Assembly: GCA_965217865.1 (NCBI GenBank)
Contig: CBDCJO010000002.1
Span: 3,648,001 to 3,712,000, forward strand
Source: Candidatus Latescibacterota bacterium
GTDB taxonomy: Bacteria; Latescibacterota; UBA2968; SICM01
Reading direction: 5' to 3'
DNA: 64,000 bases
Shown here: piece by piece, positions 47,386 through 57,244 of the stretch
How the letters are laid out: every line of letters begins with the position of its first letter
Numbering within the stretch: position 1 is the stretch's first letter
Position numbers and translations under genes: made by a program
The notes under the pieces: model-generated
Told to the model about the DNA's origin: nothing
Databases searched by the model: none
The model's input: only the letters and a program-made list of their open reading frames with translations

Positions 47386-48477
47386 TTAATCAGCCCGATC
47401 TCGAAAGGGATCAAGCGCCTCCCAATCCAGTTCCACCCCGTGCCCGGGACGGTCAGGGGCGATCGCCTCCCCGTCATCCAGTTGAAGCCCGTGAACCATA
47501 TAGGGATCCAGGCCGAATCCATGTACTTCCAGATAAGAGGCGTTGGGCACGGCAGCCAGCAAGTGGACGTGAAGGTCGTGGACCCCGTGGGACGTCACGG
47601 GCAGATGGTGGGCTTCGGCCAGGTGCGCAACCTTCATCCACACCGTCACACCGCCGATATTCGACACATCCGGTTCCGGAAAGGATACCGCCCCCCGGGA
47701 AATCATATTGCGAAATTCTCCCAGGGTTCGAAGGTTTTCTCCGGCTGCGATAGGGAGCCCTCCCTCCCGTAAAATTCGGAAATGCCCTTCGACATCTTCC
47801 GGAAGCGTCGGTTCCTCCAACCAGTACACCCCGAGATCGGCGAAGGACATGGCCGCCCGGATCGCCTCCTCCACGGTCCAGACCATGTTCGCGTCCACCA
47901 TAAGCGGAACGTCCTGGCCGATCACACCACGAATATAAGCGACACGGTCAAGATCCTCGGAGAGCTTCTTCTTCCCCACCTTCATCTTGATCGCCCGGAA
48001 GCCGCGCTCCAGGAAGGCCTCCGTCTGCTCGCGAAGCTCCTCCCTAGAAAATTGTAGGTCTACCCCTCCGGCATAGGCCGAGACACGCGCCTTATTTCCG
48101 CCCAACAACCTCCACAGGGGCATCCCCGCCGACCGCGCCTTTAAATCCCAGAGGGCGATGTCTACAGCGGATATTGCGAATCCTGCAACCCCGCCCCGGC
48201 CAACATAGTGCAGCTGCCACCACATCCGGTTCCAGAGGTATTCGATGCAGCTCGGATCTTCTCGAATCAGGACCGGTTTCAGATCTCGATCAATCAACGC
48301 CCGAATCCCTGCCCCACCCCTGATGGCATACGTATATCCGAGCCCCTCGGATCCATCTTCGGAACGGATCCTCACGGAAATGAAATCAAAGTGGCTGATC
48401 GATCCGTGGGTCGAATCCGAAAGCACAACGGGCAAAGGGATCCGGTAGTGATCTGTTTGAACGGATTCGATTTTCAA
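47386..48477 (-). CDS. Mandelate racemase/muconate lactonizing enzyme family protein
   Basis: AISAVDIALWDL, KMKVG, MVDAN, WLEEP, AAGEN. Confidence 0.94.
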   Translation of the reverse strand: MKIESVQTDHYRIPLPVVLSDSTHGSISHFDFISVRIRSEDGSEGLGYTYAIRGGAGIRALIDRDLKPVLIREDPSCIEYLWNRMWWQLHYVGRGGVAGFAISAVDIALWDLKARSAGMPLWRLLGGNKARVSAYAGGVDLQFSREELREQTEAFLERGFRAIKMKVGKKKLSEDLDRVAYIRGVIGQDVPLMVDANMVWTVEEAIRAAMSFADLGVYWLEEPTLPEDVEGHFRILREGGLPIAAGENLRTLGEFRNMISRGAVSFPEPDVSNIGGVTVWMKVAHLAEAHHLPVTSHGVHDLHVHLLAAVPNASYLEVHGFGLDPYMVHGLQLDDGEAIAPDRPGHGVELDWEALDPFRDRAD

Positions 48478-48514
48478 CTGGGGTCCCTTGTATCAGTCGA
48501 CCAACCTTGTTTAA

Positions 48515-48967
48515 TCATGTCCGTAAAATATTTCGATTCAGCGCTTCTCCGGAACAGCTCTGCAAAGTCGTTCTCAACTGGTTCTCCAATCCCTGTCGTG
48601 AGGGTTTCGTATCAGAGAAAAACAGGTGGGATCGACAAGTGCAATCCGAACAGCCGAAACCCGGGATCGGAAGGGATAGTCGTTTCATCTCCTCGGCCCA
48701 TTGGTGCTCAAATCGATCCCGGCCGGATCGATACCACACTTCAACAAGAGGGGTAATTTTTCGAAGATAATCAATATGCCAGTGTGCCCTGCGGGGGGTG
48801 TTCAGGTGGTGTGACACGCGCGCCTTCAATCCCCCGGGCCCGAGTGCGCTCCCGATATAGGTGTAGAATCCGGGTTGAACCAGGAGATTTCCTAACCCCC
48901 CGATCTTCATCGACTTTTTGGATGAAGACTCCAAAATCAAGGCGTAGGTGCCGGGGACGGCTTCCAT
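48515..48967 (-). CDS. DUF123/GIY-YIG-like nuclease family protein
   Basis: GTY.L, YIGSALGPGG, HWHIDYL, GFGCSDC.C.SHL. Confidence 0.9.
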   Translation of the reverse strand: MEAVPGTYALILESSSKKSMKIGGLGNLLVQPGFYTYIGSALGPGGLKARVSHHLNTPRRAHWHIDYLRKITPLVEVWYRSGRDRFEHQWAEEMKRLSLPIPGFGCSDCTCRSHLFFSDTKPSRQGLENQLRTTLQSCSGEALNRNILRT

Positions 48968-48974
48968 AACCCGG

Positions 48975-49307
48975 TTAAACCGTTGCTTTGTGAATTTTCC
49001 GCTTGAGCTTGTGGATTTTCCTGCGGACGATCCTGAGTTGCTTGTGGTCGTGGGCTTCAAGGGCCGCATCCCGCTCCACCTTAAGCTCCCGGATCTGAAG
49101 CTTGAGGCTTCGCTTTTCGACCCCGACCACCTCGTGATGCACGTGGCCTTCGATCCCAAGGATTTTGCAGAGGGCAGTCAGGAGGGGTTCCTTGTGCATC
49201 GAGCTGAAACCCTTCAGCTCGTCATTATCCAGATCCCTCGCGATATCGCGGAGCTGGGCGACCGTCTTTTTCTTGAGCTCGTCGTAAGTGATCTCTGCGG
49301 TTTCCAT
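48975..49307 (-). CDS. Small basic protein with Rho-N-like helix-extended-helix and coiled coil
   Basis: AAGGAGG RBS; ELKKKTVAQLRDIA...S.MHK..L. Confidence 0.75.
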   Translation of the reverse strand: METAEITYDELKKKTVAQLRDIARDLDNDELKGFSSMHKEPLLTALCKILGIEGHVHHEVVGVEKRSLKLQIRELKVERDAALEAHDHKQLRIVRRKIHKLKRKIHKATV

Positions 49308-49323
49308 TACACCTCCTTTGTGT

Positions 49324-50370
49324 CTACGTGGGCATCGCCACCCCAAGCGAATCAGCAGCTTCGGTGATGGATTTCCAGATGTCATCTGCGATCGGAATAC
49401 CCTCACGTTGCCGAATCTCACGCGTACGCGCCTCTGGATCTCCTGGAACAAGAACCGCCTCGAAACCCGGTGCGGGTGGGACAGCCTTGACCCGTCGTTT
49501 CAGCTCACCCGCCAGGCTCTGGTATTCAGAAATTGGATGAAAGATGTCCGCTCGGAAGACGAACATCGTCACCCCCTGGTGCCGCATGATGTTGTTGCTC
49601 CGTCCCGATTCCGCGAATGCGTCGCTCCCCGTGAAAATTCGTCCCAGAAACTCCACCGCCATCATCAGGGCATAACCCTTATGTCCCCCGAAGGACAAAT
49701 GCCCTCCGCCTTCGAAGTAATCGTTCGGGTCGATCGTGGGAACCCCGTTTTTATCCGCGATGCAGCCCGGAGGTAGCTTTTCTTTTCTTCTTTTCGCGTT
49801 TTCAACCTTAACCCCTGAAAGGGCGGTCGTCGCAAAGTCGAAAAACATCGACCCTTCCTCCCCCGCTGGAAAACCCATCGCCACTGGATTGGTGTTCAGG
49901 ACGCGCTTTCGCCCCCCATAGGGAAAAGCCACCGGAGCTTCCTCGGAGAGCCCTCCCGCCCAGACCATGGAGATCATCCCGTTTTCAGCCGCCATTTCCA
50001 CGTAATGGCCTAGGCGACCGATATGGTTGCATCGAACCAGCCCCACCACCGCAAGGTGGTTTTCCTTCGCCTTCTCGATCGCAACTTCCATCCCGAATTT
50101 TGCAGTAACGTGTCCGAAAGTCCAGTTTCCCGTGACCAGGGCACTCGTCGGAGTTTCCTTCAAAATCTCTGGGCGGACAGTGGGAACGATCCCGCCCGAT
50201 TTAACCTCGTTCACATAGGGGGCCAGGTGCCAGACCCCGTGCGTGTCCACACCGCAGAGGTTGGACGAGACGAGATGATCGGCAACGCAATCCGCAGTCT
50301 CCTCATCCGCCCCTGCGGCCAGAAGGACGTTCCGGACAAGATCGTTGAGTTTATCTTTCTGGATAACCAT
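49324..50370 (-). CDS. Ldh_2 (malate/L-lactate/sulfolactate dehydrogenase) family oxidoreductase
   Basis: GVDTHG, NHIGRLG.Y, TNP, DFATT, GGHKGYAL, VLVPG.PE. Confidence 0.94.
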   Translation of the reverse strand: MVIQKDKLNDLVRNVLLAAGADEETADCVADHLVSSNLCGVDTHGVWHLAPYVNEVKSGGIVPTVRPEILKETPTSALVTGNWTFGHVTAKFGMEVAIEKAKENHLAVVGLVRCNHIGRLGHYVEMAAENGMISMVWAGGLSEEAPVAFPYGGRKRVLNTNPVAMGFPAGEEGSMFFDFATTALSGVKVENAKRRKEKLPPGCIADKNGVPTIDPNDYFEGGGHLSFGGHKGYALMMAVEFLGRIFTGSDAFAESGRSNNIMRHQGVTMFVFRADIFHPISEYQSLAGELKRRVKAVPPAPGFEAVLVPGDPEARTREIRQREGIPIADDIWKSITEAADSLGVAMPT

Positions 50371-50442
50371 AGACTCTCCGTTAAGGACCCCATCGAAACG
50401 AAATATCCCGGATGATATTCAGTTCGTCGTCCGATATCCGGG

Positions 50443-52745
50443 TTACACGAAATGCTCCTTCACGATTGTTCGATCTGAAAGAAAGGAAATAAAATTGAAG
50501 AAAACCGGACATCCGACCTCAAAACCCGGTTTTTCATCGTTCGGCCACACGGTGAACTGACAGAACGGACTTCCAACCCCCGAGTAGAGTATCCCCTCCT
50601 TGTAAATTTGCAAACTCCGGTGAACGTGTCCGAAAAAGACCCCGCGCAGCTTGCTTCGTCCGTCCGATAAGACTTGATGCAGTCTTGCACCGTTCAGGAG
50701 CAGCATGTCACGATCGAGCCAGGGGGAATCCAACTCGATTGGCGGAAAATGTAAGAACACACTCACGGGAAATTCACTCTGTTGGATTTCGCGCTTTAGA
50801 ATTACGAACTGTTCTTCTTCAAGTTCTCCGGCCGGACCGATTTCATCCCGCCCGCGGCCGTCCAGAACGATAATATTGAGATTCTTCAGAGAAATCCTGT
50901 ACGTCAAAGACTGATCCCCATCCACGAGATCGACCTTCGACCCCATCGGAAGAAACCTCTGAATATCGCCGGAAGTGTCGTGATTGCCCGTCGCATAGTA
51001 AACCGGGGCCTTGAGTCTCGACAGTTCATCTCCGGCGAGCCGATATGCATCAGGGTCGGGGTCCGCTACAACATCGCCGGAATGAATGACCAGATCGGGG
51101 GGGAATGGAAGCCCGTTAATCGCATCAACAAGCCTTTTCAAGCACGGAAACGGCTCGACCCCTATCTTTTGTCTGAGATCGCCCGAAAAAACGGGGGCAA
51201 GGTCGAAGCAAGATCCTGGTTGCCTGTAGGGTTGAGAAGGGATACATATTTTGGGATATCCCTGACCTCACAGGAGGAGTAAAGATGGAGCAACTGTCCT
51301 CAAACAGTGACCCGGTCAAGAAGCGTAGGAGCTTGTCCCCGGAACAGAAGTATGAGATTTTCCTTGAAGCCAGCCGGGGAGATGTTCCCATTGCACAGGT
51401 GCTGCGGAAATGGGGCATTCATTCCTCGGATCTAAAGCGTATTCGTGAGTCGGTCAAGTCCGGGGCCCTCAAGGAGTTCAAGGGTCGCCGGAGCCGCAAG
51501 CCGATGGTATCGGCTGAGGAGGTGGAGCAGCTGCGCAAAGAGCGGGCACGCCTGGAGCAAACGATCATTGAGCAATCTGTGGAACTTTCCCTGCTAAAAA
51601 AAAGTGTGAATGGGATCTGACAGGCCCGATCAAGGGCCACCGGGTGCAAGCTGAGGTCAAACGCGAGATCCTCTTAATGGTCCATCGGGCCAAGGAGAAA
51701 GGGGTGAAACTCACCCGTTCTTGCGAGATCCTACAGCTTCCCCTCCAGCGGTATTGTGCCTGGAGCCGGCGAGATCGAGAAGAGAAGCTGGATGGGGTGT
51801 CGGACCCGCTTTTGGATGGGAAGCCCGGGCCCGCCCCTGATGAGGCCCCACACGGATGAGACCTATGCCGATCTGCCTCCCCATCAGCTGGCGGTGGTAG
51901 CCTCAGAGAAGGGGGTAGTGCAGGCCTCGGCCTCCAGCTTCTACCGACAGGCCAGGAAAGAACGTCTGGCACGCAGGAAACAGGTGAGGACGCCGGTCAA
52001 GCAGAGCAAGCCCCAGGTCAAACCTGAAGGTCCTAATCAGGTCTGGAGCTGGGACCTGACCTACATCCCATTTTTCGGTTTGTTCCTGTATTTTACCGCC
52101 ATTCTCGACGTGTATTCCAGGAAGATCGTAGGATGGAAGCTCTCCTTCAACGCGACCGTGGAGCAGGTCAAACAGGCTTGGGATCAAGCCCTTGCCAACG
52201 AAGGACTGCTGGACACTGGGCCCATAAGCTTGACAGCCCTCTCAGATCACGGATCTCAGATGAAGGCCAAATCGATGGCCCAATTCTTCAAGGACCTGGG
52301 CATCTCGCAGCTGTTTGCCCGATATCAAACACCCACGGACAACGCCTGGATCGAAGCCTTTTTCCGGACATTCAAATACGACTGGCTGCGCTTCCAGGAC
52401 ATCTTCACATTCCATCAACTGGAAGGCCTGATTGATTCCTTCATTCACAGCTACAACGCCGAACGCTATCACGGGGCAATACAGTATGTCACGCCTCTTC
52501 AGAGGCATAAAGGCCAGCATCAAAAGATTCTTCACCACCGACAAGGTCGAAAGGAGGAGGCTCGGCAGCGCCGCATAGAAATCAATCGGCAAAGAACATC
52601 CCAGACCATCCACAAGGCTGCCTGAATCTTGCTTGGACCTTTATCTGCTTTTCTCTTGTTATCTCAGAATAGATACAACCCCGTAGAGCGTGAAGTCCTC
52701 CGTGGGACCGATGTGTGTGTCACTGATATGTACGATATATGCCAC
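50443..52745 (-). pseudogene. CpdA/Icc-like cyclic nucleotide phosphodiesterase split by IS3
   Basis: The N-terminus (GTG at 52745: AYIVHISDTHIG...LYG) joins VEPFPCLKRLVDAIN...HSGDV...GNHD...GHVH after removing the IS. Confidence 0.88.
51163..52677 (+). mobile_element. IS3-family copy 2 (1515 bp) with a 44-bp internal deletion that frameshifts orfB
   Basis: Same IRs, ACCCC duplication; the deletion lies between two GGAT microhomologies near 51855. orfA (51285-51620) is intact. Confidence 0.95.
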
Positions 52746-53012
52746 GATAAGCCCATAATTTTCCGGGTGCTTACCACCACAAGCCTCGTCTTTTCCATCC
52801 CCAGAAACCCATCATTCATAATGCAAATCCTTCGAGATGTCAACACAAAAGGTCCTGGGACTCAAAACCAGAAGGGACAGCCGAAAAAGCTATCCCTTCT
52901 GTCTAATATATTGTTGCCCAGCAAGTTACATGTCAATCCCCAACTTCGCAGATGCCTTAATGCTTTAAATCGTTTCAAAATTGTTTGGTCGGTATCTCTT
53001 TCAGAATGAAAA

Positions 53013-55505
53013 CTAACCTTTATGTTCTATAGGAATTTTCCAATCTCGGCTGAATAGAAACGCCAGGATACAGATACCGGTAACCAGAAACGTGCAGACG
53101 GCCACGGTGGTAAACGCCTGGAATCCGTAGAGAATGGGGATAAAGAAAGCGAGAGTGGCCCCCATGGCGGTCCCCAGGGCATCCATGCCAAACAATTGCA
53201 GCCGGCCCATCGGAACCTGTTCGAAAATTAGGGGAAAGAAAGTGCCCGTGACCAGGACAACAGGAACCAGAGTCCCGACTACCGTACCGACGTGCCACGC
53301 GGAGGCCCCCAACCACATGATTACCGCGATGATCAGCGTCCCGAGGATAATCCGGGGAAGGTGCCGTTTTGAGATCAGAAGGCTCCCCAGACCGGTCATT
53401 GTCAAGAAAGAAACGATGCCGATGATCAAAGAATCGTAGTAGGAATACAAATTCCGGAAAAGGTGAATAACGCACAGATGCTCGATCAGGATAAAGTTGG
53501 CACCCAGCAGGATACCTATCCCCATCAAAACCGTCGGATGGACGGAGAGGGATTTCCCGCGAAGCGGTCGCCACAGAATTACCCCCAGGATGCCGCCAGC
53601 CCCAACAAGCAATACGGCCAGCACCTTGAACATCCAACGGATATCCTCCTCGGACAGGATGTTGCTGATGTTACCCGCCAGGAATGGGCGGTTATCCGTG
53701 ATTTGTCGAAAGTCGGATAGCTCCATTTCCGGATCCCGGAGCGGGACCAGATCGTGATCCATTGCGAACTGCCTTCTCGCGCTTGACCATTTGGTTTTTT
53801 GCTCCGGCGAGGCATCGGATGGAAACGCCAATAACTCGAAGGCCCCCTGCTTTTCATCCATAAAGCCGAAAACATCCATCCCCAGCAGACGCAACGTGTT
53901 GTAGTACTGACGGAGCAAAATACCCTTGTCGTCCAGCACCACGTCGTAACCGATGGCGAGGACACCGCCGGGATTCAAGTGGTCTATGAACAACTGGAAG
54001 GCCTCCGTCGTTCGGATCATGTTACCCGGCTCGAGCATCAACTGCGGATACCCGCCGACACTCATTAACATAATTAAGTCGAAGCGTTCATCGGTTCGTT
54101 CGAAATAACCGCGGGCTTCTCCGACGTAAGTCTCCACGGGATCCTTCGTGTATGCTTCGGCAAAATCCTCGCGTAAGGGTCCCTGGATCGATTCAACCAC
54201 AACCGGTTCAATCTCCATGGCAAGGATCCTCCCGGCCCCCGCCATTCGGCTGTAAATGATACCGCGCCCGCCCCCGGACCCGATGATCGCCACGCGGCCC
54301 TCTTCGGGCAGAAACAGGAACGGGATCCGGTCTCGTGATAGCAGGGCGTCGGAGCCCTTTTGGGGAACCACATTCCACATGCCGACATCGTTGTAAAACC
54401 CGCTGTAGTAATGCTCATCCAGCCGCTTGAACAGGAAATAGCCTTTCTCCGTCCCGATCACTTCGCTGAATTCCCCCACCTTCAGATCCACCACTCCCTC
54501 GAAAAACCGGGGGTCCAAATCCGAAGGCACGACGAAACCGAGGGCCTTTCCCGGAAAAGTCCCCCCCCTCCTCAACCCCCCAAGCACCCTTTCCGCCTCC
54601 GCTCGTGATGAAACCACCACCATTGACAGCCGGATCCTTTCAGCCCCTTGTGTACTTTCACTCCGGGTCTTCCCCTCCTCGATACTTCTGCGGATAATTT
54701 CGACATATGAGTATTTGCCCCATCCCGCAAAGGCCACTTCGTTGTCCGGGCTTTGATCAAGACTCCACGCAGCCGACATGTTAACGGTTGAGGGCAGCTT
54801 GAACCAGTTCATAAAGGTGCGGTCGAAGGCCGGCCAACAGACCACCGCCAGAATTACAACCAGTTCCACCCCCCCCCGAAAACGGACACCCTTTTTCAAG
54901 ATAAGGCGACTTCCCGAGACAGCTGCCACCGCAAGAAGCAGCAGGCGGGGCACACCCAACGGTCGCTGAAGCAACTCGGCCAACCCGAATGCGGCAGCTC
55001 CACCGAAGAGGAACAGCGCATACACCGGCCGCATTCCCCCTCCAAAGGCCTGTGTCCCCGCCAGATAACCGATATATTCGGCTGCCCCGTATGCGGCGAA
55101 AAACGAAAGATAGATTAAGGCGAACACCAGAACCTGTACCAGCAAGCGAACCGGATCGATGCCGAACAGTAGATTCGCTCGCATGTAGTCAACGTGCTTG
55201 CAACCCAGAGTGGCCAGGATGCTCAGGACCATGACGATCTGCATCACGGTCAACATGCGCTGAAATCGCCTCACGTCCGCCTGATGCTTGCGCGCGGCCA
55301 GGGCGGCGCCGATCGGAAACCCGACCAGCAGCAGCGCAAAAAACATAGATGGCATGATGAAAAACGAAAGGAGACGAAAAATCGACAGACTGAACAGCAC
55401 GGCCCCAAGGGACGAGAGAAAAATCCCGGCGACCAAACGCTTCAGCGACGTCCCTTCAAGCATGTCTACGGATCCGTTCATATCGATAAGTTGTGAGGTT
55501 GACAT
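53013..55505 (-). CDS. Polytopic membrane protein with spermidine-synthase-like SAM-dependent domain and an inserted parvulin/rotamase-like domain
   Basis: N- and C-terminal TM bundles; VAIIGSGGG, EIEP.VV, EAR.Y, FDLI, TDNRPF; insert IRLSMVVVSS.AEAE...LGF...LKVGEFSEVI.TEKGYFLFK. Confidence 0.8.
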   Translation of the reverse strand: MSTSQLIDMNGSVDMLEGTSLKRLVAGIFLSSLGAVLFSLSIFRLLSFFIMPSMFFALLLVGFPIGAALAARKHQADVRRFQRMLTVMQIVMVLSILATLGCKHVDYMRANLLFGIDPVRLLVQVLVFALIYLSFFAAYGAAEYIGYLAGTQAFGGGMRPVYALFLFGGAAAFGLAELLQRPLGVPRLLLLAVAAVSGSRLILKKGVRFRGGVELVVILAVVCWPAFDRTFMNWFKLPSTVNMSAAWSLDQSPDNEVAFAGWGKYSYVEIIRRSIEEGKTRSESTQGAERIRLSMVVVSSRAEAERVLGGLRRGGTFPGKALGFVVPSDLDPRFFEGVVDLKVGEFSEVIGTEKGYFLFKRLDEHYYSGFYNDVGMWNVVPQKGSDALLSRDRIPFLFLPEEGRVAIIGSGGGRGIIYSRMAGAGRILAMEIEPVVVESIQGPLREDFAEAYTKDPVETYVGEARGYFERTDERFDLIMLMSVGGYPQLMLEPGNMIRTTEAFQLFIDHLNPGGVLAIGYDVVLDDKGILLRQYYNTLRLLGMDVFGFMDEKQGAFELLAFPSDASPEQKTKWSSARRQFAMDHDLVPLRDPEMELSDFRQITDNRPFLAGNISNILSEEDIRWMFKVLAVLLVGAGGILGVILWRPLRGKSLSVHPTVLMGIGILLGANFILIEHLCVIHLFRNLYSYYDSLIIGIVSFLTMTGLGSLLISKRHLPRIILGTLIIAVIMWLGASAWHVGTVVGTLVPVVLVTGTFFPLIFEQVPMGRLQLFGMDALGTAMGATLAFFIPILYGFQAFTTVAVCTFLVTGICILAFLFSRDWKIPIEHKG

Positions 55506-55657
55506 TTATGGCTACTTCCTGCAGTTTTATGGTTCCCTTGCAATCGCGAGATTCGCTTCGCTCAGCCGGAACCAACTGGCTCCTTGGCATAGCTTTCCGA
55601 CCGGATACTTCAGGAGATTGTCAGGATATTAATCCCTGGCCTTATGGGGCCAAAAGT

Positions 55658-55772
55658 TGTGGGACCGGTCTCCAGACCGGGAACTGGCTCGGTAGGGCCA
55701 GGATCAATTAAACAGAGATTTTTCACTTTGGCTGACGACCTTATTATTCCCCGACTGGAGTCGGGTCCCACA
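55658..55772. repeat. Inverted pair of REP-like palindromes (REPIN-like)
   Basis: TGTGGGACCGGTCTCCAGACCGGGAA (55658-55683) and the inverted TGTGGGACCCGACTCCAGTCGGGGAA (55747-55772). Confidence 0.6.
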
Positions 55773-55868
55773 AAATCTAAGGGGTTATCCCCTTACCTAT
55801 CCCGGGCTTGACTTTTCCTGCCACTGCCACTGCTACTGCCTCAGTCCATCGTCCATCGTCCATCGTCC

Positions 55869-55968
55869 AAACTGTATTCATGATGCAATTCCTTTGAATT
55901 GTCAATACCAAAGGCACCCCACGTACGCAGTAAGACTCAATAAAAAAAGGACATACCGTGAAAATGGT
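55869..55968. repeat. ~100-bp imperfect direct repeat, copy A
   Basis: AAACTGTATTCATGAT.CAATTCCTTTGAA.TGTCAA...AAAAAAAGGACATA...AAAATGGT recurs at 62979-63078. Confidence 0.85.
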
Positions 55969-56023
55969 GTCCAGGGCGTTAAATCAACTTTCCCATCAAT
56001 TACCTTTATAAGGAAGAATAAAC

Positions 56024-57184
56024 ATGGACAGCGCTGCGTCTTACCGCGCCACGGCCTTTGCCGACGCCAAGCCCGAGCTTGCTGCCCCTGGAGCCACGCC
56101 GGAGCGGTTGGCCCACTTGCAGGAGCATGGTTTCGTCATCATCACCGACCTTGTCGACAACCCAATGATCCCCGTACTCCGTGAGGCGGGCCGCCGTGTC
56201 ACCGAGGCGTGCTCGCCCGAAAATGGATACAGCAAGATCGATTGCTCGAAGGGCTACGTGCACCGTGCGCGAGACGATGAGCCGTGGGCGATCCGGGGCC
56301 TGACCCATCCCGCCCTCGGGGAGCCCAGCTTTGCCGAGTTCCACTGCTCGCCGGATTTCCTGAATTTCGTCCACTCCTGGTGCGGGCTGCGGCCTGAAGA
56401 TATGGTGATGAGCGGGATGCTCCTGTGGTGCAATCCCCGGCGGCACGAGAATGGGCCCAGTTGGCACCGAGACGTGACGTGGTGGGGCACCGGGAAGCCT
56501 TATTTTTCGCAGAGGGACGACCGCGGGGAGGACACTGAGGCGTACTCTGAGGAGACCGAAAACCTCCGATGGGAAGAAATCCGCGCCAATAACGCCACGG
56601 CGATCACCGAGCGGAACGGAGTGAGCGTGTTCTTGGCCTTGGTCGACGATGAGTGCCACGAGCTCGTACCCGGTAGCCACGATCGCTGGCGGACGCCGTT
56701 TGAGCACGACGTGCTCCTCCCGCAGGCGATGAAGGACCAGGGGGTGCCGCACACGCCCAGTTGGAACGGCTTGGACCCGTTGCCGAACCAGGTGGCGATT
56801 CGGCTCAAGGCCGGAGAAGCCCTCATCCGCAACGGGGCCACGATCCACACCGGGCACACCGTCCCCGATCGCGAGCGCAACACCTTGTCCATCGGCTGGT
56901 CGAAGTGGACAGGCCCATTCACAGGGGAGCGGGCGGTGGCGGACGCGCGTAGCGCGTGGCAACTCGATCCCGCCGTGCGGTCTGCATTGCCGCACGAGTG
57001 GATGAGAACAGCGTGGGACCGATGGGCAGAAACGCAGAAGTTGGGAGATACGCTTGAGGACCGCTACGCGGGGTTTGACATCGGGCGAATCAAAGCTGGG
57101 GAAGTCGTGGGTTGGCGTGGTGAGCTGGAGCGCCAAGCTGCAGCGGCGGGAGAAGCGTGGAAGCCCTTCCAAACAGCGGAATGA
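56024..57184 (+). CDS. PhyH-like dioxygenase with C-terminal extension
   Basis: EHGFVII, WHRD, LVPGSH, LKAGE......H.G, R. Confidence 0.8.
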   Translation: MDSAASYRATAFADAKPELAAPGATPERLAHLQEHGFVIITDLVDNPMIPVLREAGRRVTEACSPENGYSKIDCSKGYVHRARDDEPWAIRGLTHPALGEPSFAEFHCSPDFLNFVHSWCGLRPEDMVMSGMLLWCNPRRHENGPSWHRDVTWWGTGKPYFSQRDDRGEDTEAYSEETENLRWEEIRANNATAITERNGVSVFLALVDDECHELVPGSHDRWRTPFEHDVLLPQAMKDQGVPHTPSWNGLDPLPNQVAIRLKAGEALIRNGATIHTGHTVPDRERNTLSIGWSKWTGPFTGERAVADARSAWQLDPAVRSALPHEWMRTAWDRWAETQKLGDTLEDRYAGFDIGRIKAGEVVGWRGELERQAAAAGEAWKPFQTAE

Positions 57185-57244
57185 AGGAATATGAAACCTC
57201 GCTTGCGAGCTCTTCGTTCCGCGACGCGCACGTCCACACCTCGG

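Noticed and set aside
55540-55710. Possible SRP or 6S RNA (GGAAAGCTATGCCAAGG on the minus strand)
   Set aside because: It lacks the SRP domain IV consensus and a long rod structure; better explained by REP-like repeats.
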